Below, piece after piece: positions 1 through 11,470 of a stretch of 64,000 nt of DNA. A program made the position numbers and the translations under genes. How positions within the stretch are numbered: the stretch's first letter is position 1; each line of letters opens with the position of its first letter. Below the pieces are notes generated by a model, which was not told the DNA's origin, searched no databases, and was given only the letters and a program-made list of their open reading frames with translations. The DNA comes from Sminthopsis crassicaudata (Eukaryota), in contig NC_133619.1 of NCBI RefSeq assembly GCF_048593235.1, forward strand, positions 649,614,558 to 649,678,557, read 5' to 3'.

Positions 1-115
1 GTATCCAGCATTCCAGGCACCTTCCCTTGGGAAGAGCAGAACTAGATAGCTGATCTAATCAGGCCCCAATACAAACAAGACCTTTGCCTCCCTGGAGGGA
101 GGGCCATTATAATGT

Positions 116-280
116 TTTATATATATATATATATATACAATATTATAATCATAATTATTGATATATATTATACATTATAATATATATTAATATAATATAT
201 TATTAATTATATAATAAAATATATTAATTAATATAACATATTATAATAATATACTATAATATACATTATATAATGTATAA
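116..280. repeat. AT-rich low-complexity / (TA)n tract
   Basis: Nearly pure A/T sequence with TATA/TAA repeats. Confidence 0.9.
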
Positions 281-1295
281 TATCCTGGACATTAAGCCAC
301 TCTCCCCCCGAAGACCTAAGATTGCTCTAGTTTCTATGTTCTAGTTTCCACATCACTCCAGTGTCTTGTTTGTAGTCCACTAAGACCTTGAGTCTCTTTC
401 TTTCTTCCCCGCCCTTCTCCAACCTCTCTCCCTATTAGACTTGTGGTTTCCTTGGTGTAAGGAAATCAACAATGAGGAAACTTCCTCCTCTGATGCAGAT
501 GGGGAACTGTCCTGTAACTTAAAAGTTTCAAGGAGCCGCTCAGGGCACCAAGAGGTTAAGTGGTTGGGACCAGAAAGCCTGTGCATGCCGCCAGCAGGTA
601 GGTCCGGCCATCAAGGCTCCCTGTCTCCAAGGACAACTCTCTATGAGGGCCTCCTGGACGGATTACCCACGAGCCCTCCTTTCGACATGTTTGTCAGACC
701 TTGGATTTTGCTAAATTACATTTCATCACCTTCCACTGACCCGAGACCTGGAGCAGAGAGGAAGTCATTTTTCTGAGGGTGACACTTAACTGACATAGTA
801 CTCTGCTGCCTCCTCGTGTCATGGACGTGGGCCCAGTATTTTTGCCAGCCAAGTCAGCAGAGCCCAAGAGGCTCACTATCACCACGCTGATCCCCAAGGA
901 GCGGAGGGTGCCAGCCAGAACTGGAAGGAGACTGCGGATTGCTTATAACTCATTCCTTGGGTGCATTTTGTTCAGCTTGGCCTAGCCCAGTGGTCCTCAA
1001 GACTTTTGAAATGGGGGGCCAGTTCACTGTCCCTCAGACTGTTGGAGGGCCGGACTATAGTAAAAACAAAAGCTCACACTCTGTTTCCATCCCTCAGCCC
1101 ATTTGCCATAACCCGGCGGGCCGCATAAATGTCCTCAGCCATAGTTTGAGAATCCCTGGCCTAGGCTCTGAAGAGTCTTTGGGAAGTCCTGGGGACATCC
1201 GCCTATTTCCAAGCTTACGCCACCTTTGGGCCTCAACTCTTGTGATCAATATGCCAATTTTTTCACAATACCGAGAATTTCTTTTGTGTGTGTGT

Positions 1296-1418
1296 GGCAA
1301 TAAGTGACTTGCCCAGAGTCATATGGCTAGTATGTGTCTCACCTGGATTAGAATTTAGGAAGATGAGAACTCCTAATTCCAGGGCTGGGGCTCTGTGCTC
1401 TGCTCCACCTGGTTGTCC
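1296..1418 (-). mobile_element. Degenerate marsupial CORE-SINE (WSINE1/MAR1-like)
   Basis: AGTGACTTGCCCAGAGTCA...CCACCTGGTTGTCCC is the reverse complement of the SINE head and core. Confidence 0.7.
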
Positions 1419-1664
1419 CTCAAAGAGGATTTCATTTGGCCCTGTACTTACGAACTTACGGCAAGAGTAGCCACAGGTTCTCTTCTGAAGTTCTCAGAGA
1501 TCTCCCCTAGCCCTATCCTTTCCTTCCTGAAAGTAGAGAAGAAAAATCCAAGCAGGAGTCTAATTGTTCACCTTTCCTTCACCCATGTACTCCTGCAAAC
1601 CCCCTCCCAGAGCCACTGAACAGTGTGCTCTATTTGCTGTTCTTTCCCCCAGTATTGCTGCTTA

Positions 1665-1893
1665 GAGGCACAGTGGGGAGCCCGCATGTCTGGGAACAGG
1701 AAAACTCATCTTCCCAAGTTCAAATCCAACCTCAGACACATACTAGCCATTTAACTCTTCACTCTGTTTGCCTCAGTTGTGTGAGCAGTAAAATGAGCTG
1801 GAGAAAGAAATGGTGAACCACTCTAGTATCTTTACCCAGAAGACCCCAAATGGGGTCAGGAAGGGTCAGATGCCACTGAAATAACTGAACAAG
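1665..1893 (+). mobile_element. MAR1-like SINE
   Basis: AAGTTCAAATCC..CTCAGACAC core followed by the RTE-derived tail GGAGAAAGAAATGGTGAACCACTCTAGTATCTTTACCCAGAAGACCCCAAATGGGGTC...ACTGAACAA. Confidence 0.75.
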
Positions 1894-2499
1894 TACCCTT
1901 AACATTCTTTGACAACCTCAGATCATTAAATACTTTTGTCCTGATAGTTTTATAGGGCTCTGCCTCATTTTGACATTCAGCTTCAGTTACATGCTCTTAG
2001 TGTCTAACGCACATTTTCTTACAGTTTTGAGTTCTTCCAAGGGTTTCCGGTGCATCCACGTTTCTCTTTAGGTGGCGTCTTCATAATTTCACACATGAGA
2101 ATTCTCCATCCCATCTGGGGCCAGTGTCCCACGCTCGTTCTTCAAACAATTTTAACTCCATTATGTCCAAATCTCTGGGTCTTTGCGTTCCCTCCGCTTA
2201 CCCAGCATCCACCTCCACTACAGAGATTGATGGATAATTACAGGGATGCACACAGACAGACTCCCATGATACCTGGGGTCATGGGATCACCGATTCAGAC
2301 TGAGAGGGTCCCAGGATATATATACATATAATGCCCTCATTTCATATGTGGGGAGCCCAGGAGAACAAGGGATTTGTCTAGAGTCATGTGGAACAAGCCA
2401 GAGCCTGAAGCCGGACTTAGGCCATGTGACTATAGATCCAATCACTCCCTCTGCCATCTTCAAGGAGACAAGCAATCCAAGGCGTGAGGAAGGACGAGA

Positions 2500-2562
2500 G
2501 GAGGAGGTCGCAGTTGGCTTTATTGCTCCTGTGTGGCAGAATTCCTATGTACCAACAGGAGG
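2500..2562 (-). other. TMEM238: Probable non-coding terminal (3'UTR) exon of TMEM238
   Basis: On the minus strand, a pyrimidine tract ends in ...ccctttgcacttcAG (AG at 2563-2564), followed by AATAAA at 2519-2524. It pairs with the donor just after the TMEM238 stop. The 3' end is estimated. Confidence 0.55.
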
Positions 2563-4160
2563 CTGAAGTGCAAAGGGAACGGGGCGTGTGGGAAAGAGAT
2601 CTGGTCCTTCATCTCTCCAGCTCCAATTAGTCGGGGGGAATCTTTGAGGCTCCAAGGAAGGCAGAGTCTCCTTGGCGCTGAAAGTTGGAGGTCTCCCACA
2701 CCCAGGGTTCTTAAACTGATTCCTAACATTGTCCCAAGATATACATGGGAGTCCAGGGCAGGATGGGAGTGCTTAGCCAGAGGGCAGCTGATGGGGAGGA
2801 AGGAGGAGGCAGGGAACTATGTCTCTGAGGAAAAGGGGGCTCTTCCTTGGCTCTGGGGCCATGGCGGTCTCTGTCATTCCATCCAGATTTGGGCAGGACA
2901 CCTGCTGGAGAGAAAACAATGTCAGCCTTTACCCAAATCCCTCAAGAAGCAGGGATGTGCTATGCCTCGGCCATCTCCCCCCCGCCCCAAGGATGTGGTG
3001 ATTGAGGGGAAACTGGAATGGGCACGTGTCAGGAACTAGCTGGGAAAGGAGGTGGGGGAAAGAGAAGACACAGAATGGGATTGGGGGGAGAGGGGAGAAC
3101 AGTGAAAGAAAAAAAAATATGGCTGGGAATAGCAGAGGTTGAAGAGACAGATGTAGGAGGGGGTTCAGGGAAGGGAATGGAGGTCAAAGAAATCACACTC
3201 AGCTGAACACATCCCCTTCATAACCCCAACCAGTGGTCTCCGGCCTTTGTTTGGATACCCACAAGGCCACACTTCCATTCCTTTCTTTGGCGGGGAGACA
3301 GTGATCTGCCACATCTGAGCGGCTCAATCACTTCAGTCCAATAAAACAACTCTAAAGGCTGCCGCCACACTGAGACTGGCAGCGTGGCCTCGGTGGCCAG
3401 ACCCCGGCCGCTGGGGGAACTTCCACCATCGGAGGACTCCAAGGAAGAAGCTCGTGACCAAGACGCCAGCAAGGAGGAAACGGGGGGGAACCTAAGAAAT
3501 GTCTTGGAGCATTCGAGGGTCAGAAGGGAGGCAAAGCGATTGGGCTCGTCCTGTTTGGCCGCAGAGGGAAGCAGCAGGCTCAGTGGTGGGGAGTTTCCAA
3601 GAACGGAAACTTTCTAGGGGCCAGAAAGGGCTTGGGCTCCGTCGGAGGCCGAGAGGTATTCAAAGGTGAGGCAGGTCCCCCCGGCCATGCTGTAACTCGG
3701 GGATGGGGGGGATGAGTTGGACCAGACGGTCTAACTCTAACATCCTTTAGTTTTGAAAAGGAAAGGATTGAGACTGCGGGGGATGGGCAGAGGAGAGAGA
3801 AGGCAGCAGGGGAAGATGGGAGAAAGGCGGCGGGAGGTTGGGCCTTGCACACAGTAGGGGCTGTGCTGGAGCTTGGACTGGGGTGGGGGAGCTAGGGAAG
3901 ACTAACCCACTTTATGGTCCATTTCCTGAGCGGGCAGACCAGGCAGTGGCAGGGCGGCTGGGGAAGGGACCGAAGGGTGGTCGGGGACGGGAGCGCAGGG
4001 TGGTCCTCCCGTTACAGAGGCCCAGATGTAACAGTGCAGAAGAGGGCCTCGCCTCCTTGACTTCATGTTTAAGGGGGTGGGAAGAGGGAAAGGGGGGTGC
4101 TGATAGAAGAGAGATGGCAGCCAAGCAGCGGGGGTCCCCGCCCTCTCACCTGGGCCTCTG

Positions 4161-4685
4161 TCACTCCATCCCTGCTCCTGCCGCCGAGGCCTCCAGTGGA
4201 GTCAGCTGCAGGCGTACCCGGCGCGACGTCTGGGCCTGATGCTTGGGGGCGCCCCGGCCCCCCCTTCGGCCCCCGGCCCCCCCACCGGGGCCTGGCGGGG
4301 CAGACCAGCGCCGGGACAGCTTGTGGGCCAGCCGGGCCAGGGTGCCCGGCCTGCGGCCGTAGTCCCTCTCCAGCTCTTGGCGGGAGATCTCGATGTTGCC
4401 TGTGTACCAGAAGATCCAGCCGAGCAGGCTGAGGAAGACCATGAGGGCCCCGGAGTAGATGAGCAGGTCTCCGAAGTCCCGCCCTTGGATCTGGAGGTGG
4501 GCAAAGACTCCGGTCAGCAAGGCCACCATCCCCGCCACGTCCAGGCCCACGGCCAGCAGCAGGGCTGCCCGGCAGCGGCCCAGGCCCGAGGAGGCTGGGG
4601 ATGTCCGGGGGGCGGCAGCCGGGGTGCCCGGGGCCACTGAAGCTGGCCCCGGGCCTGGGGAGGAGGAAGAGGAGGAGGCGGCCAT
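4161..4685 (-). CDS. TMEM238: Transmembrane protein 238, 174 aa, CDS within one exon
   Basis: ORF with GLGRCRAALLLAVGLDVAGM...GRDFGDLLIYSGALMVFLSLLGWIFWYTGNIEISRQELERDYG...RRVRLQL, matching TMEM238 as recalled. It has two hydrophobic segments, and a GTGAG donor follows ~11 nt after the TGA. Confidence 0.96.
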   Translation of the reverse strand: MAASSSSSSPGPGPASVAPGTPAAAPRTSPASSGLGRCRAALLLAVGLDVAGMVALLTGVFAHLQIQGRDFGDLLIYSGALMVFLSLLGWIFWYTGNIEISRQELERDYGRRPGTLARLAHKLSRRWSAPPGPGGGAGGRRGGRGAPKHQAQTSRRVRLQLTPLEASAAGAGME

Positions 4686-6027
4686 AGCCGGGCTAGCTGG
4701 AGAGGGGGGAGCCCCAAGGAAACCGGTCGGACAGGTTCCGGGGTGAGAGCCCCAAGGGGCGGGGTTAGGGGAGGAGGGAGCCAGGAGTCCTCGCCATTTC
4801 TTCCTGGGTATGGGGTGGAGGTTGAGAAAGGGGGGAGGGGCCCCCAGCTACCCGAGAATGAGGAGGGCCGGGCAGAGGTGGAAAGGTCAGGGAGCTGAGC
4901 CTTGGCGCCCAGGCCACACACAGGGAGGGGAAAGGCGGACCTGAAGGGGGCTCTGGACCCGAGAAGAAGTGGGGGTCCTGAGGGGCTGCAATGGCCCTGG
5001 GCAGCGACCAGGTATTTTGCCGAGACTTGGAGAGATTCTGGAAGTCACCCAGGCTGGAGAGGCAGGGCGCAGACGGGGTCCCTGCCTCAGGCTGTCGCAG
5101 AGTGGGTCCCCCCGTCCCTGGGAGCCTGCCGCGTTCAACCGGGGCCCAAGGGTGCTCGCGCCAAGAAGCCGTCCCTGGGTGCGCTGGCTGGGGCGCTGCC
5201 CAAACCGAGGGACTTCAGGGGCCAGGAGGCAGCACCTGGAGAAACTGAGGCACAGAGAAGGCAGCCCCTGCACGCTCCACGCTCGCCACTGGCACTCGGA
5301 GACCCTTTAGAGAAGGGGGCACAGAGGTGAGGAACTGCCCAAGATCACCCAGTCAGTGCTCAGCAACCCCGAGGGCTGGCACTGTGCCTGGCCCCCAGTA
5401 GGTGCTTAATAAATGCTGATTGATTGAGAGCCCTAACTGGTATCCTCACCTTCCACTTCACTCCTCTGCAATCTGCCCTTTGTGCGGTTGAACTGTGGGC
5501 TCTCCGAGGGTTTGGTCACTACGTCACACCCCTGCTCAGTAAACTTCAGTGGCTCCCTATTGCCCCTGCAGCCAAGTACAACCGCGTTTCCGGTTGGCAC
5601 GGTCTGCATCCCACGCATGGTTCTAATGTTATGTTCCTCCCGCCCACCTCCCCACCTGGGTGGTCTTCAAACCTGCCCGGGCTGGGCCACGCCCCCTGCT
5701 CTTTGGCCTCCCTGGGGGAGAGTGACCCTCGGGACCCTGGGGAAGTGCTTCACTCCCTCTGCGCCAAGTGTTAGAGCAAAGGAGCCCTGAACTTCAGTGG
5801 GCCCCGAGGCCGCTGCCGCTCTCTTTCCTCTGGGTTGCTAAGGGGCCTGCACACAGTAGATACTTAATAAATGGAAGCCCGAAAAGGCTCAAAAGGAAAA
5901 GGCATCTTTTCAATGCTGGGTCAATTCCCAGCTCTGAAGGTTCCTCCCTAGTGACCCTGGACAAGTCCCCTACTTTTTAAAAAAGTTCTTAGCTGTCCAA
6001 GCCTGGCCTGGGAGGGAGGGGACTACT

Positions 6028-6335
6028 TTGTATGGCCTGGGGGAGGGGCCGCCACATATGGCCTGGGGGAAGGGCTGCCATGTATGATCTGGGGGAAGGG
6101 CTGCCATGTATGGCCTGGGGGAAGGGCTGCCATGTATGATCTGGGGGAAGGGCTGCCATGTATGATCTGGGGGGAGGGGCCGCCATGTATGGTCTGGGGG
6201 GAGGGGCCGCCATGTATGGCCTGGGGGAAGGGCTGCCATGTATGATCTGGGGGGAGGGGCCGCCATGTATGGCCTGGGGGGGAGGGGACTGCCATGTATG
6301 GTCTGGGGGAGGGGCTGCCAAGTACGGTCTGGGGG
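6028..6335. repeat. Minisatellite, 26-27-bp unit (GGCCTGGGGGAAGGGCTGCCATGTAT), ~12 copies
   Basis: Directly visible tandem units. Confidence 0.95.
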
Positions 6336-6785
6336 GTCTGGGGGCTGCTTTAGCACGGAGGGTGGAAAGCCAGTAGCAGTGTGACCCAGTCCTGGGCACA
6401 TAGTAGGTGCTTCATGTTTTTCAGTTGCAAATCAGTCATCCAGAAGCATTTCTTTGGCCCTTCGGGGGCGGGGCCTCAGGGAGGTGTGGGGGGAGGGCAC
6501 GGGGACGTTTTCGGCAGGGGAGACTAAGGCCCAGCAGTAAGAGACTGAGGATCCGAACTCGAGCTTGGCTGCCTTCCGGCCCAGAGTCCCGGATGCGCCA
6601 CCTAGCGGCCGTGCGCACCCTTCCCACACGGTCGGCTTGGCGGAGCCCTCGGGAGCGACCCGGCCGAATGGCTCCGGAAATGCCCGAGCGAGCCGGGCCG
6701 GGGGCGGGGCCCGAGAGAGGCTGCCGAAGGATTCCGGATCCTCCCGAGTCTGGCCGAGCGGAACCGGAAGCGGAAACGCGCAGAG

Positions 6786-6851
6786 TTATTAAAGGCTCCG
6801 CCCCGCCCCCAGCAGAGCCTTTTCCGTCTCCGGGAGTCGCCGCGAGTGCAG
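6786..6851 (+). promoter_or_regulatory. RPL28: RPL28 core promoter and 5'TOP non-coding exon 1 (~6818-6851)
   Basis: TATA-like TTATTAAA at ~6786 and GC boxes, then the pyrimidine run CCTTTTCCGTCTCC (~6818-6831) typical of ribosomal-protein TCT/TOP starts, then the donor CAG|GTAATG at 6852. It lies in a CpG island. Confidence 0.8.
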
Positions 6852-7198
6852 GTAATGGCGGACTCGGCTCTCTCCTCGTGCTCCTGAACGCCGCCGCCCG
6901 AGGTCTCCGGGAGCTCCCCTTCCCCTCGCGGCCCGAGGTCTCCGGAGCGCCTCCTCTCTCCCGGCCGCCCGAGCTCTCCGGGGCCTCTCCTCCCCCTCCC
7001 GGCCTGACCCCCGGCTCCGGCGCCCGCGGTCTCCCCTCCCCCTCGCCTGAGGTCTCAGTCCTTGGCCCCCAGCCCCGCCGCCCGAGGTTCCCCCCCTCCC
7101 CGCCCGCGTTCTTTCAGCCCCGCTGACTTCCCCTCCTCCCTCTCGCCCCAGCCCCGCCGCCCGAGGTCGCCCTCTCGCCGCCCGAGATCGCCGCCGCC

Positions 7199-8126
7199 AT
7201 GTCGGCGCACCTTCAGTGGATGGTTCTCCGGAACTGCTCCAGCTTCCTCATCAAGCGCAACAAGCAGACGTACAGCACGGTGAGGTGGGGGGGCCGTGGG
7301 GGGGGGTGCGGGCGGTGGGGGGAGGGGGGCCAGACCCGGCTCACCGGCCTCTTCTCACAGGAGCCCAACAACCTCAAGGCCCGGAACTCGTTCCGCTACA
7401 ACGGGCTGATCCATCGGAAGACGGTGGGCATCGAGCCGGCCGCCGACGGCAAGGGCATCGTGGTGGTGCTGAAGCGGAGGGCAGGTGCGCAGCGGGGCTG
7501 GGGGAGGAGCCGGGAGGGCCGGACCTCAGCACAGCTAATACTGGCGGGCACCTGGATTCTGAGGGCTCGCGGAGCCCCCACGGCAGGTCCCCGGGGTGTG
7601 GCGCAGTGGTCCTTTCTCCAGGGCGCTGACCTTAGGCAGGGGTAGTGGGTGTCATCCCACTGCCCAGTCTGCCACCCTAACCCTAACCCTTTGGGGCTCC
7701 CCCAGGCTCAGCCCCACCCCGGGGTCCCCAGCCTGGCTCCCTCTCGGGGGCACTTGGCTGCTCCCTGGGCCAGGGCCCCTCTTCCAGGGTGAGGGTCCCC
7801 CAGATGGCTCTTGTTCCCCCTGCAGGTCAGAGGAAGCCCGCCACTTCCTACGTGAGGACCACAATCAACAAAAACGCCCGGGCCACGCTCAACAGCGTCA
7901 GGCACATCATCCGGAAGAACAAATACCGCAAAGACCTCCGCATGGTGAGTGAGCCTTCCCGGAGGTCACTGGGCACTGGGTGGCAGGAGGGCACCAGGTG
8001 GCACCGGGCTGACGGACACCTCTCCTTCCTCTCCAGGCTGCTCTGCGCCGCGCCAGCGCCATCCTGCGGAGCCAGAAGCCCGTGGTGGTGAAGAAGAAGC
8101 GGACCCGTCCCCCCAAGAGCACCTGA
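7199..8126 (+). CDS. RPL28: 60S ribosomal protein eL28 (137 aa); coding exons 7199-7279, 7361-7484, 7826-7944, 8037-8126
   Basis: The spliced translation [50 protein letters not shown].../[17 protein letters not shown].../[29 protein letters not shown] gives 137 aa. All introns are GT-AG, the phases are consistent, and AATAAA lies at 8147-8152. Confidence 0.99.
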
Positions 8127-8773
8127 GGTGCCCAGCTCCTTGGGCTAATAAAAGTCATTGTTCTGTAGTCTGTGCCGCCTCCTGTTTCCTTCGCCCAAGC
8201 TCTAACAGTGGGTTGGAGGGAGGAGAAAAAGGGTCCCAGGCCCAAGCTCAAATGGCCTCTGCTCCTAGAGTCAGAGATGAGTTACTCTGGGGGCCGGAGC
8301 TGGGAGGACCCCTGTTCTGGTCCAGCCTCAGGTGTGATCCTGGCCAAGTAACTGACTCCTGACTGCTTCCCCAACCGAGGAACATGGCGGCTGTCGGCCC
8401 TCTGGCTCTAGGCAAGCTGGGCCTCCCCAGGAAGCATCCTTTTGGGAGCACTTTTTGGGCATCCTGGTGCCCTTCCCTCTAGCCTGGGCTGAGTGGCCAA
8501 CTGAGTAGTTGGCCCATCTTTTGAACAGGGGGACCATCTGCTCCTGCTGATAGTCTAGGTTTTGCCCCTGCCTTCCCAGGTCACTTATTGGAGTCACAGC
8601 TGTTGTTCGTGATGTGTCCCCCATCTCCCCCTCTGTGGCCCGGGGGCTTAGGCCTCCATCCTTCACAGGCCTTTAGGAGCCAGTATCCACCTTTCAGGGA
8701 GCCTGTGGCTGGGGAAGTTTGGGAAGGGTCAGGGAGCAGCTCTCCACTGCTTCATGGTTCCTAGCAGCCACTG

Positions 8774-9248
8774 GTTGCTAGGGAGCACCTGCCTCCGGTT
8801 GCCATGGAAAAACTCATTTGGAGTTGCCATGGCTAAACCATCATCCTGCCTATGCCCCGCCCCCTCACGTTCTGGAGCTAGGGTCCTCTCTTTGAGGATT
8901 ATTTAGGTACCCACCAGGGCTGGCGATGTCTTTAATTGAGGGGCTTGCCCTCTAGACTGGGGGAGCAGGGCTGGTTTTGGGGTAGCTGATGGAGATGGGT
9001 CCTGGATCAGGACACTAAATCATTTTTCCCCCACCTTTGAGTTTCCACCCATACATAGCGGGGTGATATTCAGGGGAGATAAGGGGGGGGGCTGGCGTGT
9101 CGCCCCCTGAAACAAGCCTTCGCTGCCACCAATGGGAAGGTACCTTTGTCGGGGTTGCTATGGAGTGCACTCTGTTGCTAGGGGATTGGTATAAAGTGAC
9201 CCCCGTTGCTTAGGGTTTGCTGTGGAGCGATTTCTGTTGCTAAGGGGG
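8774..9248. promoter_or_regulatory. RFX X-box-like cluster between the RPL28 and UBE2S 3' ends
   Basis: GTTGCCATGGAAA at 8798, GTTGCCATGGCTA at 8823, GTTGCTAGG at 8774 and 9174, GTTGCTATGG at 9154, GTTGCTTAGG at 9205 and GTTGCTAAGG at 9236. Confidence 0.5.
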
Positions 9249-10531
9249 AAGCTAATGGAGGCCCTTTGCTCAGGAGTGGGGGAGGGGGAGCAGGGAAGGC
9301 CAGTGGCACACACCTTCCTCATTATGTGGCAGGAGCCTTGTTCTGGGGGTGTCATCTTGAAGACGGCTTTGGGGGGGTGGAAATGGAGTTGGCCCAAACG
9401 AGTTTGGTGCATTAGGGAACATGGACGATGGGGCCACAATTGGCAGTCAATATGGCAAGCCTGTGTGCCAGCCACTGCCAAGAACTGGGGCTGTGGGGCA
9501 GGGCCTGCTCTTGGGGATTCTCAAATATCCAGAGTTCGAGACATTAAAAGAATAAACTGCCAAGGAAGAAAGCTTCCTTACTGAGACTTGGGGGGAAAGC
9601 TGGAGATTGGGGGGCCCCAAGGGAAGGAAGAAGGGTTTTGAACCCATCTAGAATTCCGTCTTTAGTATAAAGTAATAGGGAACCACTAGGTTTTTATTGA
9701 GTCAGGATCAGACTGGGCAAAATTCAGCCCCAGGTTTGGGGCTCGATAGAAATTGGCCTAAATGTCAAAAATAGGAAGCTACCAGTGTCGGATGGGGGAG
9801 TGCAAGCCAAGTCAAAATGCTGTCCAACAGGACCAGCAGTGGATCTAGCATATAGTGTAGGAGCAAAATTGGGGACACTTGAGGTGAGCTCACTTAGGAT
9901 ACCTCCAGCCGCGGGAAAATGGTCCGTGCAGGGAGGTGCTGTCCTCCTGCCTCAGGCTCCCTTTTACTCCACTTTCAGGCAGGACTGGCAGGTCCCATTA
10001 TGTCAGTGCTATCACCTCCCTCCAGCCTTGGCTGTCAGAGTGCCTGGGTGAGGGATCTCCTGGCCCAGAGGCCCTGCCCTCCCTCTAGTTCAGCTGCTCC
10101 CCATGAGCCCACCCCTCAGCCCTGGTAGGCTTGTCCAGTCGGACACTTCCTTTCTTCCCAATTTGTTGCCATCCAGCCCAGCACTGTGGGTCAGGGCTGG
10201 GAGGGCAGAAGGTGGCCCCTGGCCAGAGGAATAGGCACAGTGCAGAGCCCAGGCGCCACAGCCCAAGCTCCAGCCTCAGCGTTAGGAACGGGCGACAAGT
10301 CCTTCCGGCCCGATGGCACAAGGGACGCTCAAGTCCATCCGAGCAGGCCAGCCCATGAGGGCAGGGTTCTCAACCTCAATCATCAGAACCTTCAGCTGCT
10401 TTTTCAACTTTATTTTAGAAAAAACCCAGCCCCCCTCCCTTCCCTCCCCTCCCCCCCCATAATTTAAATAACTTAGTGAGATACAAAAGCTGCCCCTCCT
10501 CCCCAGGCCCTCCCGCAATGGGGGAGCCCTC

Positions 10532-11434
10532 CTACAGCCTGCGCAGAGCCCGCTTCTTGTCCGTCTTCTTCTTGGCGGCCTGCTTCTTGTCTCGCTCCCC
10601 TGCATGCTTCTTGGCCATGGGGCCTTCAGCCCCGGGGCCGGGTGGGGAGGAGGAGGAAGCCCCGGCCTCTGCTGGGCCAGCCTCTGCCCCACCAGAGCCC
10701 CCCCTGGCTGCCCTCAGGGCCCCAGGGCCCCCGGCCCCGCCATGGATCTCAGTCAGCAGCCTGGCCCGAGCTGCATACTCCTCGTAGTCCTCCAGAAGCA
10801 GGCGGCCGGCCTCCTCATTCAGCGCCGACTCGGGGTTCGGGTGGATCAGAAGGCACTTGATAGTCTAAACAGGGCAGAGGGCACATTAGGGGGAGGGGCT
10901 TCCAGTCTTCCCCCTCACAGAACTTGACAGCTCAGCCTGAGAGATGAGTAGGGGTGCAGCCCCCAGAAGGGAGGACTCCAGACTGAGCCAGACTACAAAT
11001 CCCATGATGCTTTCTGGGATGAGAAAGCAAGGCCCTATGGGAGCTGTCATTGTGGGGCATCCCCAGGTGGGTACTGTTAGAGCTCCCTGTCCTCTGCCTC
11101 TGCCATGGGGTCCCCACACCCCCTTTCCCCAAAAAGCTGGCCCTCCCCTTGTGCCACTAGTGGACCCCTCCTCCACTCTCTCGGGGGACAGCCCCCCATG
11201 ATGCGGGGGGACTGGCTTGCCCCGGGGGGCTCGGCACTCACCAGCAGCACATGGCGGATGCCCAGTTCGGCGGTCCAGTCTCTCTTGAGCACGTTGACAC
11301 AGATCTCCCCGTTGGCCCCCACGTTGGGGTGGAAGATTTTGGTGAGGAAGAAGCCCTTTGGGGGGGCTGCAGGGAAGTCCTTGCCCAGGAGGAGCTTCAT
11401 GCGGAACAGGCCTCCCGCATAGGGGGTACCCTCT

Positions 11435-11470
<36 letters not shown>

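Noticed and set aside
285-1290. Possible decayed ERV internal sequence (fragments such as CNLAKSKV)
   Set aside because: The similarity is too weak to support without an HMM or RepeatMasker search.
1-3400. TMEM190 (expected by human synteny next to TMEM238) and the + strand AATAAA at 3340-3345
   Set aside because: I could not find the Cys-rich TMEM190 exons in any frame, and a lone hexamer is insufficient. The gene may lie left of the window or be too diverged.
7675-7690. Telomere-like CCCTAA repeats in RPL28 intron 3
   Set aside because: Only ~2.5 copies; compatible with chance or a branch-point-like sequence.
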